A DNA stretch of 61,455 bases, counting the filler. It is 2 parts of 2 records of this genome, joined end to end, with 100 filler letters (N's around TTAATTAATTAA, not from the genome) between each part and the next. Parts side by side here need not be neighbours in the genome. Positions count along the whole stretch, not along the records: positions 1 to 30,207 come from SRR16203515_2325; 1 more part is not named here. One strand, 5' to 3'. Both the position numbers and the translations under genes were made by a program. The notes below the pieces were generated by a model. It was not told where the DNA came from. It ran no database searches and saw only the letters and a list, made by a program, of their open reading frames with translations. Position 1 is the first letter of the stretch. The number at the start of each line of letters is the position of its first letter. This document shows, one piece after another, positions 10,529 through 21,303 of this stretch.

Positions 10529-11236
10529 TCAAGCTTGAATAAGCGCAGCAGCTAAACCGATTAAGCCACCAAATACCCCGCCCCAAACCACAAGCCAGCC
10601 AAGGTGTTCACGGATCATCTCTTGTATGATCTCTTTTACAAGCTGCGGCGTTAGCTCATTAAGTCTCTGAGTAACAATCTCTTCCACTTTAGCGCGCATA
10701 TCGGCAATCATATTCGGCTGCTCAAGTTCGGCTTTAACCAGTGCATAAAAATCATCGCTTTGAGCAATTTCACTTAATGAGCTCTTCATTTTTTCAATAA
10801 AAGGCTCACGCAAGGGTGTAATCGCGTCACTGCCACCAAACATCGCTAACATTCCACCAAGTGAAGACTGCTCAACCGTTTTGACTAATGCATCGAAAGC
10901 TGGCGACAAATCAATTTTCTCAATCACAGGCTGTAGATTTAGTTGCTTCTCAACTCCGCCCTCACCCGATAGAAATCGATCGATATTTTCTTCGGTAAAA
11001 AACTGCTTCATCATCAAGTTGGCTATTGCCGCTTTAAACTCTTCAAAGCGTGAAGGAATGACACCAGAGCCATATAAACCTGGGACCTTTTCAAACAGCA
11101 TATGGATTGCCAGCCAATTGGTCACAGCACCAGATAGCGCAAACAAGCCAACAGTTAACACGATTGGCAAAGCAAACAAGTAACCAACAGCAACTAAAAT
11201 AGCTACGATCAGATTTGTAATAACACTTTTATTCAA
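10529..11236 (-). CDS. DUF445 family membrane protein (probable TTG start at 11236)
   Basis: GAVTNWLAIHMLF, GSGVIP, HLGWLVVWGGVFGGLIG; GGGGA SD before the TTG. Confidence 0.8.
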   Translation of the reverse strand: MNKSVITNLIVAILVAVGYLFALPIVLTVGLFALSGAVTNWLAIHMLFEKVPGLYGSGVIPSRFEEFKAAIANLMMKQFFTEENIDRFLSGEGGVEKQLNLQPVIEKIDLSPAFDALVKTVEQSSLGGMLAMFGGSDAITPLREPFIEKMKSSLSEIAQSDDFYALVKAELEQPNMIADMRAKVEEIVTQRLNELTPQLVKEIIQEMIREHLGWLVVWGGVFGGLIGLAAALIQA

Positions 11237-11669
11237 GCTAATTCCCCAAAGCAAGATTGAAACCGCGCTATGGTATCAACCAAGAAAGACACTAAGCAAT
11301 AGTCGATATTCGCTTAAGCCCTGATTCTGTGCGCTAGGCTTAATCATCCTGCTTTATCGCCTCTATCAATTGTCAGCAATAGTGACTTTATATTGCTTCT
11401 GAAATCTTCAAATAACCTAATCAATACATAAGAATCATTTTGTTTTGCAAACCAGCTGAACAATAAAACGCCTTTTGTAACAAGTATTTTCATTGGTTAA
11501 CGATTTCGGTCAATTTAGCAAAAAACATTATGATACCGGGCTCATTTACTTGATAATGACGCTAAAATAAGTAGTACGATGATCAGCTGTTAACAGAAGT
11601 TGTACTTAATTATGCTTCTACAACATAAAGATCTAGATACGGCTCGAATAAAATCGGCAAAGGTTTGGT

Positions 11670-14600
11670 ATGTCTTTTCACAAAAAATTACTTCAGCCAA
11701 TACTTAGTGGCTATCGTCAGCGTCCAAGATATCAGCGCTTAATCATTATTTTTTCCGCGCTCTATTTATGTTTCACTGCCTTTTTGGGGCTATTAGTACC
11801 TTATATTGCAGTTAAACAAGCTCCTCAGCAGTTATCAGAGCTTTTACAGCGACCTGTCACTTTACAAGATATAAAGATAAACCCATTCACTCTTGACGTT
11901 GCCATCGATAACTTTCAATTGCACGAAACCAATAACCAACCTTTTGTTGGCTTTAAGCAACTGACATTTGAATTACAATTTTGGGACTCTTTGTTTAATA
12001 GAGCTTATAGCGTTACCAATGTAACCCTTACTCAGCCTAACGTGAATATTGAGCGCATCAAAGCGCCGCAACCTTTACGCTTTAACTTTTCAGATATTAT
12101 TGACACCTTAGCCAAACGGCCAACGACTGACGAGAGCGAACCCGAACAGCCACCGTCTGCGCTGCCTCACTTTATTATCAGTAACTTGGCAATTGTTAAA
12201 GCTGACTTAAACTTTGAAGATTTGGTTAACGATGCTCAGCTGCATTACCCTGAGCTCAATTTGAATGTGAAGTATTTTGACTCAAAACACGCAATTCAAA
12301 CTGCGCTTAGCCAACAAGTTAACAATCAATCCATTAACTCAGATTTAAACCGCTATTCGGTACATATTGTTGGCCGTCAAGGCGGAGAAATTTCGGCACA
12401 AGGCCAAGTGCAATTATCACCGCTAAATGTCATTGGCGATCTGCAGCTTAGCAACATTCAGCTGCCACAATTTTGGTCGTTTATCTCTGAGCAATTTGCC
12501 CCAGTTTTAAGCTCTGGACGCTTAACACTTTCGAGTAATTATCAGCTAGAAATACAAGATGATAAGCTCGCCGTAAAAACTGATAGTGGCTTATTGCAAC
12601 TTGATGATATTAATTTTGATTACCAACAAAAATCAGTTATCCATCTCCCCAAAATCGCCCTGCAAGGCATAACCTTTGATCTACAAAAGCAAACCGTTAC
12701 GGCACAGTCTCTAGATACCAATGGTTTAGTACTAAACACTACACTTGATAAAAACGGTGTTGACCTTGCGAGAATATTTACACCGATTGCAAATAACAGC
12801 ACTGATGCAAACAAGCAAAAACCGGAAACTATTGAGACCCAAGCAGCTGACACACCTGAGCAACAAACAGTAGTCAACAATCTAGATAAATCAGCTAAGC
12901 CGAGCTGGAATGCTGTACTTCAAAAGGTAAATCTTGAAAATTATCAGCTGAACCTAACAGAGGCATTAGTGACTAAAGGTATGCAATGGCAAATTGCCGA
13001 TATTGCACTTACCACGGGAGCTATAAAAGCGAGCTTAGCTGAGCCGATAGACTATCAGCTGTCACTAAACATTAATCAACAAGGTCACGTTAGTTCTAGT
13101 GGCAGTATTGATGTCTTAGCGCAAACAGCAAATACACAGCTGTCTGTCACTGATTTTGCTTTAGCGCAGCTACAGCAGTATCTAAGCCCATACATCAATA
13201 TCGAGCTTAAACAAGGTAAGTTTAATACCCAAGGAGCTCTGGTGCTTAATGCTAAAGCAGAGCAATTAACCTATGCCGGTAATTTGCTCGTTAACGACTT
13301 ATTAATTAAAGATAAGGCCAAGCAAAAAGAGCTACTAAAATGGCAAGCGTTAGACATTAATAGCCTTGAGTTCAACAAACAGGATAATCGTCTTGATATT
13401 GACCAAGTAGCGCTAACCCAGCCCTATGGCCGAATTATTATTGCACAAGATAAGAGTACCAATATTGGCGATCTTATCGTTCAAGCTGCACCAGAGAAAA
13501 CCGAGCAAACTAAACAAGCTCAACCTGAAAAAGTAGTTACAGCAAAAGTATCGACTAAGACAGCTCAAAGTGCAGCCTCAGCTAAACCGTTAGCCCTATC
13601 GATTAATCAAATTAGCTTTAAAGATGGTTCAACCTTCTTTGCAGATAACTCATTAACGCCAAACTTTGCCGCCAGTATTGAGCATTTAGATGGCAATATC
13701 AGTAAATTATCTTCTGATAGCAAACAAACTGCATCGGTTGATATTAAGGGGAAAATCGATCGCTACGCACCTGTTACGCTAAAAGGCGATATCAACCCGC
13801 TTTTAGCCCAGCCCTACTTAGATTTAGCACTAAGCTTTAAACATGTAGAGCTAACATCGGTAAACCCTTATTCAGGCACCTACGCGGGCTATTACATAGA
13901 CAAAGGCTTATTGTCATTAGATTTAAACTATCAACTTGATAAAAATCAACTCGTTGGTGACAACCATTTGGTGGTTGACCAATTAAAACTAGGTAAGCCA
14001 AGTGATAGCTCGCTAGCAACCACCTTACCTGTAACACTTGCCATTGCACTGCTTCAAGACAGACATGGCGTCATCGATCTAGGACTGCAAATATCGGGCG
14101 ACGTTGATGACCCAAGCTTTAGCATTGGTGGTATTGTTATGACAGCCTTTACTAATGTAATCACTAAAGCAGTAACGGCGCCATTTACACTGCTAGCCGG
14201 ATTACTCGGTGATGATGCTGACGAACTAGACAAAATACAATATCTAGCTGGTGATGCCACATTAGCGCCCGAGCAACAACAAACCTTAGATAAGCTAGCC
14301 AAGGGTCTTGCTGATAGACCAATGCTCACTTTAACCGTCGAGGGTGGCGTTAATATGCAAGAGGATAACCAAGCCTTAAGCGAGCAACAACTGCGGGGGA
14401 AATTAGCGCAAGCAGCCAATATGACACTTGAGCAACTGCCTGCAGAATTATCGCCAAGTAATTATCCGATCACGGGTCCACTTTCAGATGCCTTAATCAG
14501 CCTGTATGAAACAGAGCTTGCAACTCCGGCGTCGCAAGTAAAAGATAAAATTGCTGCTGAGCATCAAGCAGATGCTGCTCTTAGTGAAGAGCAATTATTA

Positions 14601-14816
14601 AGGCGCTGGCATATTGCACTTTATAATTTCACCTTAGGCGCGCAGCGAATAAGTGAAGATGCACTGGGTAAACTAGCGCAAGCTCGAGCAGTTGCGGTAA
14701 AAACCTATCTTATTGAACAGCAAAAAGTTGATCCTAAAAGAGTCTTTTTGCTCGACAGCCGGGTTGAGCTTAACACTAAGGCCAGCCAAGCTCTGTTGAC
14801 ATTAGGCGCAAACTAG
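11670..14816 (+). CDS. DUF748 (AsmA-like) envelope protein with OmpA-like C-terminal segment
   Basis: N-terminal TM anchor, INPFTL, FNFSDII, repeated beta-rich units, LAIALLQDRHGVIDL..GDVDDPSFS, LAQARAVAVKTYL. Confidence 0.8.
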   Translation: MSFHKKLLQPILSGYRQRPRYQRLIIIFSALYLCFTAFLGLLVPYIAVKQAPQQLSELLQRPVTLQDIKINPFTLDVAIDNFQLHETNNQPFVGFKQLTFELQFWDSLFNRAYSVTNVTLTQPNVNIERIKAPQPLRFNFSDIIDTLAKRPTTDESEPEQPPSALPHFIISNLAIVKADLNFEDLVNDAQLHYPELNLNVKYFDSKHAIQTALSQQVNNQSINSDLNRYSVHIVGRQGGEISAQGQVQLSPLNVIGDLQLSNIQLPQFWSFISEQFAPVLSSGRLTLSSNYQLEIQDDKLAVKTDSGLLQLDDINFDYQQKSVIHLPKIALQGITFDLQKQTVTAQSLDTNGLVLNTTLDKNGVDLARIFTPIANNSTDANKQKPETIETQAADTPEQQTVVNNLDKSAKPSWNAVLQKVNLENYQLNLTEALVTKGMQWQIADIALTTGAIKASLAEPIDYQLSLNINQQGHVSSSGSIDVLAQTANTQLSVTDFALAQLQQYLSPYINIELKQGKFNTQGALVLNAKAEQLTYAGNLLVNDLLIKDKAKQKELLKWQALDINSLEFNKQDNRLDIDQVALTQPYGRIIIAQDKSTNIGDLIVQAAPEKTEQTKQAQPEKVVTAKVSTKTAQSAASAKPLALSINQISFKDGSTFFADNSLTPNFAASIEHLDGNISKLSSDSKQTASVDIKGKIDRYAPVTLKGDINPLLAQPYLDLALSFKHVELTSVNPYSGTYAGYYIDKGLLSLDLNYQLDKNQLVGDNHLVVDQLKLGKPSDSSLATTLPVTLAIALLQDRHGVIDLGLQISGDVDDPSFSIGGIVMTAFTNVITKAVTAPFTLLAGLLGDDADELDKIQYLAGDATLAPEQQQTLDKLAKGLADRPMLTLTVEGGVNMQEDNQALSEQQLRGKLAQAANMTLEQLPAELSPSNYPITGPLSDALISLYETELATPASQVKDKIAAEHQADAALSEEQLLRRWHIALYNFTLGAQRISEDALGKLAQARAVAVKTYLIEQQKVDPKRVFLLDSRVELNTKASQALLTLGAN

Positions 14817-14865
14817 CAAGTGTGTCGAGCACAAAAAAATTAGCTTATCCTAAATAGATTGAAAT

Positions 14866-14891
14866 AAAGGCATGCTACGGCATGCCTTTTT
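14866..14891 (+). terminator. Intrinsic terminator
   Basis: aaaggcatgc-tacg-gcatgccttttt. Confidence 0.85.
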
Positions 14892-15004
14892 GTTATTTAA
14901 ACTCCCACTCTGCCATAAAGTAATGCTTTTTATAATATTAGCGATAAGTTAGATTGTTAAAATAGACAGGAATTCGAATCAATATATTTATGTAAAGGAA
15001 TGCC

Positions 15005-15643
15005 ATGAATATCGCCCTACTCAGTAATCCAAGCAGTGATAATGCACAAACTGCTATCGCACTATTGCTTGACTCAGTTAAACAGCAAGCAGGCACCAAA
15101 TTGAACATTGGTTACATCGCGTCAGAGCCTGATCCACAACGGCAATATTACACACAAACTCAAGCTATGTATCAAGCGCATAACGCCGAAGTCTGTGTTT
15201 ATCTTGAATTAGAATCAGACTTTTGCGAAAGCAGCCTGAAATCATTATTAAGCTGCGATGTTATTCACCTTTCTGGTGGTGATACTTTTCGGTTTTTAAA
15301 AGCACTCAAACAGCAAAAGCTACTGCCTGTGCTGCGTCAATATAGCGTGGATGGCGGTGCAATCATTGGCGTGAGTGCTGGCGCCATGATAATAACCCCA
15401 TCAATTGCTAGCGCGCCACTTTGCGGTGATAACAATGATTGCCAACTCGATGATTTAACCGCGCTAAATCTAGTTGATTTCATGTTTGTCCCCCATGCAA
15501 CAGACAAACAACTCAAAGATGCACAGCAGCCATATCAGATAAAGCACCAGCACACAATATGCTTTTGTCCCGATGACTCAGCCCTACTTTCGCTATCGGG
15601 TCAACTCCAAGTTATTGGCCAGCCAGTATGGCAAAAGTCGTAA
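15005..15643 (+). CDS. Peptidase S51 (PepE/cyanophycinase-like) family protein
   Basis: LSGGDT, nucleophile elbow GVSAGA, FVPH. Confidence 0.8.
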   Translation: MNIALLSNPSSDNAQTAIALLLDSVKQQAGTKLNIGYIASEPDPQRQYYTQTQAMYQAHNAEVCVYLELESDFCESSLKSLLSCDVIHLSGGDTFRFLKALKQQKLLPVLRQYSVDGGAIIGVSAGAMIITPSIASAPLCGDNNDCQLDDLTALNLVDFMFVPHATDKQLKDAQQPYQIKHQHTICFCPDDSALLSLSGQLQVIGQPVWQKS

Positions 15644-15731
15644 AGATGAAAGCAGATCTTTAATCAATACTTTCAACCCTGTAACGCTTGAGTTAAAATC
15701 TGCGCGAGAATCAATACATCAGAGGTAGTTA

Positions 15732-16088
15732 ATGTTTATCATTCGTTGGGTATTAGGCCGTATCATTTTGCTTTTAAACTTTGTTTTTGCGCCTAAAAAA
15801 CTAAAGCGTCCAGCTGAAGAACAACAAAAAATCGATAATGCCACCAGCAATTTGACGATTTACGAATATAAAGCCTGCCCATTTTGCGTAAAGGTTCGTC
15901 GTTCTTTACGTCGCCAAGGTTTAAATATCGTTACTCTAGATGCCAAACAAGAGCCCCATAAAAGCACCCTATTAAATGGCGGCGGCAAACTACAAGTCCC
16001 ATGTATGAAGATTGAAGATAATGGTCAATCGACATGGATGTATGAATCGTCAGAAATCATTAACTTTTTAGATAAAAAGTTTGCTTAG
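15732..16088 (+). CDS. Glutaredoxin-like / GST N-terminal domain protein
   Basis: CPFC motif, GGKLQVPC, MYESSEII. Confidence 0.85.
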   Translation: MFIIRWVLGRIILLLNFVFAPKKLKRPAEEQQKIDNATSNLTIYEYKACPFCVKVRRSLRRQGLNIVTLDAKQEPHKSTLLNGGGKLQVPCMKIEDNGQSTWMYESSEIINFLDKKFA

Positions 16089-16110
16089 TTTTTCTAAATA
16101 CTAAGCTTAG

Positions 16111-16135
16111 AAGGCAGCGATTACGCTGCCTTTTT
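16111..16135 (+). terminator. Terminator between convergent genes
   Basis: aaggcagcg-atta-cgctgccttttt. Confidence 0.8.
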
Positions 16136-16147
16136 CATTTAATCACA

Positions 16148-17218
16148 TTAGCTTTTACATCTCGCATTCGTACTGACTTGGTTACAAATTTCCTCTATCA
16201 CTTTTTGCCCTGCTTGCTGGTAATTATTGGCCAGCAAATAGTCAGCAATTTCAAACATAGAATCAGTACCGCCCGCTGTTTGAGCAACAGCAAAAGCAAC
16301 ATGCTGGCTTAGTGCTATTTGTTGGTTTTCAGATGTTGCATAATGCGCAACTAATCTTTGTAAAGTTTGATTAGGTACATCAACCTGAAAACCAAATCGG
16401 TTTGATAGATCTTGATAATACTTTGCAAGTACATCTATGCCCGATACTTTTACTTCATAAGATGGCTGCCAGCCAGAAAAGGTCGTTTGCAGTGCAAACA
16501 GCATTGAGGCATGTTTAGTTGTACGATGAGATTGCTCGGGAAAAGATTTAAAAACATATCGAGAATCAGAAACCTTAGCCAAGGATTCATTCATTTCCGA
16601 AAATGGTGTCTGCATGTGTTCACCTTCATTGGCAATAGTAACGATTAACGGTGATGTTTGTTTTAGAGCACTCAAGCTCCGTTGTTTAACTTGCTTAACA
16701 ATATACTCATCATCTAATGACGGACTAAATGCAAAGTATTGTGAAAAGTCAGCATGGCCGTTTAACCAAGTATCGAGAACAAAACGACCTGAATTCGAGT
16801 GTCCCGATAAAATACTAAAAGAAGATGTACGATAATTTTTCTTAATAAAGGGTTTTAGCTCTTGGATTAAAAATTTGCCAAAGGCAGTCAAATCACCATT
16901 ATTTGGCTTCAGCTCGCTGCCCCGACTTTCTATTCCAACCACAATAAAATTAGGAACTTGTTCACTTAGAAGGTCTATTACAGATAAAGTTGGCAACATA
17001 TCCCACTGCCCATGTAATACATAAAGCACAGGGTAACTCTTACCACTATCCTTATACAGTTCAGGAAGCTTGATCAGCAAATCTCTATGTTGTTCTAATA
17101 CCTCAGACTCCAGCTTAACTTGCTCTGCTAACATCAAATCCGATGCAAATATTGGCATTGAGATAAATATGATACTCAACAACAACCCTTTAAATCGCCC
17201 TCGTTGCAACAATGTCAT
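16148..17218 (-). CDS. Exported alpha/beta hydrolase (putative esterase, IroE-like)
   Basis: Signal peptide, YPVLYVLHG, GHSNSG nucleophile motif, FSPSL; AAGGAG SD before ATG 17218. Confidence 0.8.
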   Translation of the reverse strand: MTLLQRGRFKGLLLSIIFISMPIFASDLMLAEQVKLESEVLEQHRDLLIKLPELYKDSGKSYPVLYVLHGQWDMLPTLSVIDLLSEQVPNFIVVGIESRGSELKPNNGDLTAFGKFLIQELKPFIKKNYRTSSFSILSGHSNSGRFVLDTWLNGHADFSQYFAFSPSLDDEYIVKQVKQRSLSALKQTSPLIVTIANEGEHMQTPFSEMNESLAKVSDSRYVFKSFPEQSHRTTKHASMLFALQTTFSGWQPSYEVKVSGIDVLAKYYQDLSNRFGFQVDVPNQTLQRLVAHYATSENQQIALSQHVAFAVAQTAGGTDSMFEIADYLLANNYQQAGQKVIEEICNQVSTNARCKS

Positions 17219-17703
17219 CAATCACTCTCCTTGTGGTTTTATCTTTAATTAATTTGCTGTCTATCTTATTCTTTAAAGCCACCCAAGCTCACGAATCTAA
17301 GCTCAATCTATTTTCGCTTTCTTGTGGTAGAGGCAGTAGCTCAAAATCTCTGCATGATAATTCATACAATCGCTCCTACTGCTATTAACTCAACAAGCAA
17401 CAATTAAGTTACATTACCAATTTTAAGACGGGCCAGCTCAAATACGCGCAAAGCACCATCGCGCTTAACATCACAAAAACCACCTGTAATTTCAACACCA
17501 CTAACTCTTTATCTAGTAATTTTTAAGCAGAATCTGATTAGCTTTTAAACATAGGTGATATCCAACCACTTACACCAATAACTTCACAATCGACTTTATT
17601 AGTGAATTTCACCAAAATAGAAAGAAAAAGTAAGATTTACAATCATCACGCGCACTCGCACCCATTTATTTGAAGAAGATCGGTTAAAAACAGAAATATT
17701 CAA

Positions 17704-17733
17704 TTGACAGGTTTGTCTCGTAAATGTTTTTAT
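17704..17733 (+). promoter_or_regulatory. Probable sigma70 promoter of the trp operon
   Basis: Perfect -35 TTGACA at 17704 and TG-n-TTTTAT extended -10-like element upstream of trpL. Confidence 0.5.
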
Positions 17734-17765
17734 ATAGCCACTGAAACAAACAAGATGAATTTTCA

Positions 17766-17822
17766 ATGACACAGTTTACAACTTTCCAAAACATTAATTG
17801 GTGGTGGCACTTCCCAACTTAG
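17766..17822 (+). CDS. trpL: trp operon leader peptide MTQFTTFQNINWWWHFPT
   Basis: 18-codon ORF with three tandem TGG codons upstream of the attenuator and trpE; absent from the ORF track. Confidence 0.92.
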   Translation: MTQFTTFQNINWWWHFPT

Positions 17823-17899
17823 CGGGTGGTGTGGAACTGTGTACTCAAAATATTGAGACAAGATTCAACAAGAAAGCCCGCATACTTGCGGGCTTTCTT
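17822..17899 (+). promoter_or_regulatory. trp transcription attenuator
   Basis: Terminator aagaaagcccgca-tact-tgcgggctttctt (17870-17899); GCGGG at 17822-17826 can pair with CCCGC at 17877-17881 as antiterminator. Confidence 0.9.
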
Positions 17900-18044
17900 G
17901 TATCTAACATTTAAATAGCGAGAAACGACAAGCCCAAGGCAGCGGGGAATGACCAATCAAATCTTCTAGTTAAGCCGATTGGTATAAGATAAAGTGAGAT
18001 AAAACAATGAATAATGCGTCACCCTACAAGGCAGGAGCATCAAA

Positions 18045-19628
18045 ATGACTACTGAGACTATCGCTAAAGTCGTCACTCAAAAACAGCAGTTGGCTTATCA
18101 CGATGATCCGCTACGCTTATATCAACATGTGACTCAAGATGCGCCTCATACTATGCTGCTGGAATCTGCTGAAATAGACAGCAAAGACCACTTAAAAAGC
18201 ATCGTCTTAACTCATGCGGCGATAAAGATCCGTTGTGATGGTTACCAGCTTACGTTTGACGCCTTAACAGATAACGGCCAAGCGTTGCTTTTACCTATAA
18301 AATCTTTCTTTGAAAATGATTTTCCAGCTACAGAAATAAATCAATTTGATAAAGCGAACTTAAGCCTTACGTTACAAAAAGATACTAGCCAGCTTGATGA
18401 AGATGCACGTTTAAAATCAACCTCACCACTCGATGGTTTAAGACTGTTAGTGAAGCATATCCGCTGTGATGAAAGCCCTGAGTTTGAAGATCTGTTTTTA
18501 GGCGGCGTATTGGCTTATGATCTTATCGATACAGTAGAGCCACTACCAAGCGTACCAGAGGGGGATAACACCTGCCCTGATTACCTATTTTATCTAGCAG
18601 AAACCCTTATTCTTGTCGATCATCAGCAGCAAAGTGCTGAAATTGTCACCCATCAGTTTGTACAACCAGCGCAAAACCCAATTGAGAGCGTTAGCGTGTC
18701 ACTGGCTCAGCGTATGGCTGAGCTTCAACAAGCTTGTCAGTCATTACCGCCGGTAGCAGAGCTCATCAGCATTGATGCCGACACCCAAGTAAATATCTCT
18801 GACAGCGACTTTAAAGAAACAGTCAAGGATCTCAAACAGCACATTATTGCTGGCGATATTTTCCAAGTCGTACCATCGCGCAGCTTTAGCCTACCTTGCC
18901 CAAACACGTTAGGTGCTTACCGCGCATTAAGACTGACAAATCCTAGCCCTTACATGTTTTACTTTCGCGGCGATGACTTCACCTTATTTGGTGCATCACC
19001 TGAAAGCGCGCTCAAATATGAAGCACAAACCAATCAAGTCGAGATCTACCCAATTGCCGGCACCCGCAAGCGCGGCAAAACTGCCAGCGGTGAAATTGAT
19101 TTCGATCTCGATAGCCGCAATGAGCTTGAACTGCGCCTTGATAAGAAAGAACTGTCAGAGCACATCATGCTGGTCGATCTTGCCCGTAACGATATCGCTC
19201 GAATTAGCCAAAGTGGTACCCGTAAAGTACCAGAGCTATTAAAAGTCGATAGATACAGCCATGTAATGCACCTTGTTAGCCGGGTTACCGGTCAGCTTCG
19301 CAACGATTTAGACGCTCTGCACGCCTACCAAGCTTGCATGAACATGGGCACCTTAACTGGCGCGCCAAAAGTTAGCGCAGCCCAGCTTATTCGCGGCGCG
19401 GAAAAAACACGTCGCGGCAGTTACGGCGGTGCGGTCGGTTACTTAAATGGCCTAGGCGATATGGATACCTGTATTGTTATCCGCTCCGCTTTTGTCAAAG
19501 AGGGAACCGCCTTTATTCAAGCGGGTGCAGGCGTGGTGTTCGACTCAGATCCGCAAGCAGAAGCAGACGAAACTCGTCAAAAGGCACAAGCGGTTATTTC
19601 AGCGATTAAAATGGGAGGTGGACGATGA
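18045..19628 (+). CDS. trpE: Anthranilate synthase component I
   Basis: LLESAE, AGDIFQVVPS, NPSPYMF, PIAGTR, EHIMLVDLARND, GTLTGAPK. Confidence 0.97.
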   Translation: MTTETIAKVVTQKQQLAYHDDPLRLYQHVTQDAPHTMLLESAEIDSKDHLKSIVLTHAAIKIRCDGYQLTFDALTDNGQALLLPIKSFFENDFPATEINQFDKANLSLTLQKDTSQLDEDARLKSTSPLDGLRLLVKHIRCDESPEFEDLFLGGVLAYDLIDTVEPLPSVPEGDNTCPDYLFYLAETLILVDHQQQSAEIVTHQFVQPAQNPIESVSVSLAQRMAELQQACQSLPPVAELISIDADTQVNISDSDFKETVKDLKQHIIAGDIFQVVPSRSFSLPCPNTLGAYRALRLTNPSPYMFYFRGDDFTLFGASPESALKYEAQTNQVEIYPIAGTRKRGKTASGEIDFDLDSRNELELRLDKKELSEHIMLVDLARNDIARISQSGTRKVPELLKVDRYSHVMHLVSRVTGQLRNDLDALHAYQACMNMGTLTGAPKVSAAQLIRGAEKTRRGSYGGAVGYLNGLGDMDTCIVIRSAFVKEGTAFIQAGAGVVFDSDPQAEADETRQKAQAVISAIKMGGGR

Positions 19629-20239
19629 AAATCTATCTACTGGATAACTTCGACTCATTCACCTACAACCTAGTGGATCAGTTCAGGAGCTTAGGCTATG
19701 AAGTGGTGATTTACCGTAACGATGTAGACGCCGACTTTATTGCCAGCATGCTATTAAACGAAACCGTACCTACAGCATTAGTATTATCTCCAGGACCTGG
19801 CGCGCCCCATGAAGCAGGTTCATTAATGGCCTTAATTGAATGTGTCGCCGGTAAAGTACCTATGCTAGGTATATGCCTTGGGCACCAAGCTTTAGTTGAG
19901 CATTATGGCGGTAAAGTTGAGCGTGCAGGCCAAGTGGTGCACGGTAAGGCTAGCCCGACTTACCACAACGGTGAGGATATCTTTAGCGGCTTGCCCTCAC
20001 CGCTGCCTGTAGCCCGTTATCACAGCTTAGTGGCAACCAAAGTGCCTGATTGTTTAGAAGTGATTGCCACCACAGAAGAGATGCCAATGGCGATTATTCA
20101 CCGCCAAGATAAAGCGGTTGGCTTTCAGTTTCATCCTGAGTCAATTTTAACGACTTTAGGAAGCCAACTATTAGTACAAAGCTTAGATTATTTAGCGCAC
20201 GCATTGAAGCAAAGCGGCCAGCATAACGATAAAGGATAA
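19625..20239 (+). CDS. trpG: Anthranilate synthase component II (glutamine amidotransferase)
   Basis: DNFDSFTYNL, SPGPG, GICLGHQ, RYHSL, QFHPES; ATGA overlap with trpE. Confidence 0.96.
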   Translation: MKIYLLDNFDSFTYNLVDQFRSLGYEVVIYRNDVDADFIASMLLNETVPTALVLSPGPGAPHEAGSLMALIECVAGKVPMLGICLGHQALVEHYGGKVERAGQVVHGKASPTYHNGEDIFSGLPSPLPVARYHSLVATKVPDCLEVIATTEEMPMAIIHRQDKAVGFQFHPESILTTLGSQLLVQSLDYLAHALKQSGQHNDKG

Positions 20240-20243
20240 GATA

Positions 20244-21302
20244 ATGACTCAAACAGAAATCAAACCGACTGCAGCCCTTATCGAAACACTTTATCTGGGT
20301 GAAAGTTTAACTCGAGCAGAAGCTAAAGCGCTATTTAGCCAAATTATTCAAGGTGAAATGAATGAAGTCACCATGGCAGGCATGCTGGTTGCGATGAAGA
20401 TGCGCGGTGAAACCATCGATGAAATATCCGGTGCAGCAGATGCACTACGCGCAGCAGCTAAAGCCTTCCCAACGCCGAGTGAAGCAACCGTCAAACAAGG
20501 TATTGTCGATATTGTTGGTACAGGTGGCGATGGTCACAACACCATCAATATCTCAACCACTGCAGCCTTTGTAGCTGCAGCAGCGGGGGCCAAAGTAGCT
20601 AAACACGGCAACCGCAGCGTATCGAGCAAATCTGGATCATCTGACTTATTAGCGCAATTTGGTATCGATTTGACCATGGCGCCAGAAACAGCCCGTGATT
20701 GCTTAGATGAGCTAGGTCTGTGTTTCTTGTTTGCACCTCACTATCACGGCGGCGTGGCTCATGCAGTACCCGTTCGCCAAGCACTAAAAACTCGTACTCT
20801 ATTTAATGTGTTGGGGCCGTTAATTAACCCATCACGCCCTGACTTTATGTTACTTGGTGTATATAGCCCTGAACTCGTTGCCCCAATTGCTGAAGTCGTA
20901 AAAGCCCTTGGCATTAAGCGCGCAATGGTGGTGCACGGTAGCGGCCTTGATGAAGTAGCGCTACATGGCGACACTTTAGTCAATGAGCTAAAAAATGGCG
21001 TTATCACCGAATATACCATTAACCCTGTCATGCTTGGCGTAGCAGAAGCAAAACTAACGGATTTAGAAGGCGGCGCACCGGATGAAAATGCCGCGTACAC
21101 CCGGGCAATTTTACAAGGCACAGGTCAAAGCGCTCACATGAACGCCGTTGCCATTAATGCAGGCTGCGCGCTTTATGTAGCAGGGGTTTGCGATGATATT
21201 AAATCAGGCACGGCGTTAGCACTCGAGACCATTAACAGCGGTAAAGCCTACCAATTATTGACCCAGCTTAGCGACGCTAGCCAAGCCGGTAAAGGAGCTT
21301 AA
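20244..21302 (+). CDS. trpD: Anthranilate phosphoribosyltransferase
   Basis: DIVGTGGDG..TINIST, AKHGNRSVSSKSGS, GLDE. Confidence 0.97.
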   Translation: MTQTEIKPTAALIETLYLGESLTRAEAKALFSQIIQGEMNEVTMAGMLVAMKMRGETIDEISGAADALRAAAKAFPTPSEATVKQGIVDIVGTGGDGHNTINISTTAAFVAAAAGAKVAKHGNRSVSSKSGSSDLLAQFGIDLTMAPETARDCLDELGLCFLFAPHYHGGVAHAVPVRQALKTRTLFNVLGPLINPSRPDFMLLGVYSPELVAPIAEVVKALGIKRAMVVHGSGLDEVALHGDTLVNELKNGVITEYTINPVMLGVAEAKLTDLEGGAPDENAAYTRAILQGTGQSAHMNAVAINAGCALYVAGVCDDIKSGTALALETINSGKAYQLLTQLSDASQAGKGA

Positions 21303-21303
21303 T

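Noticed and set aside
17600-17765. TrpR operator at the trp promoter
   Set aside because: No convincing GTACT-N8-AGTAC-type palindrome found by eye
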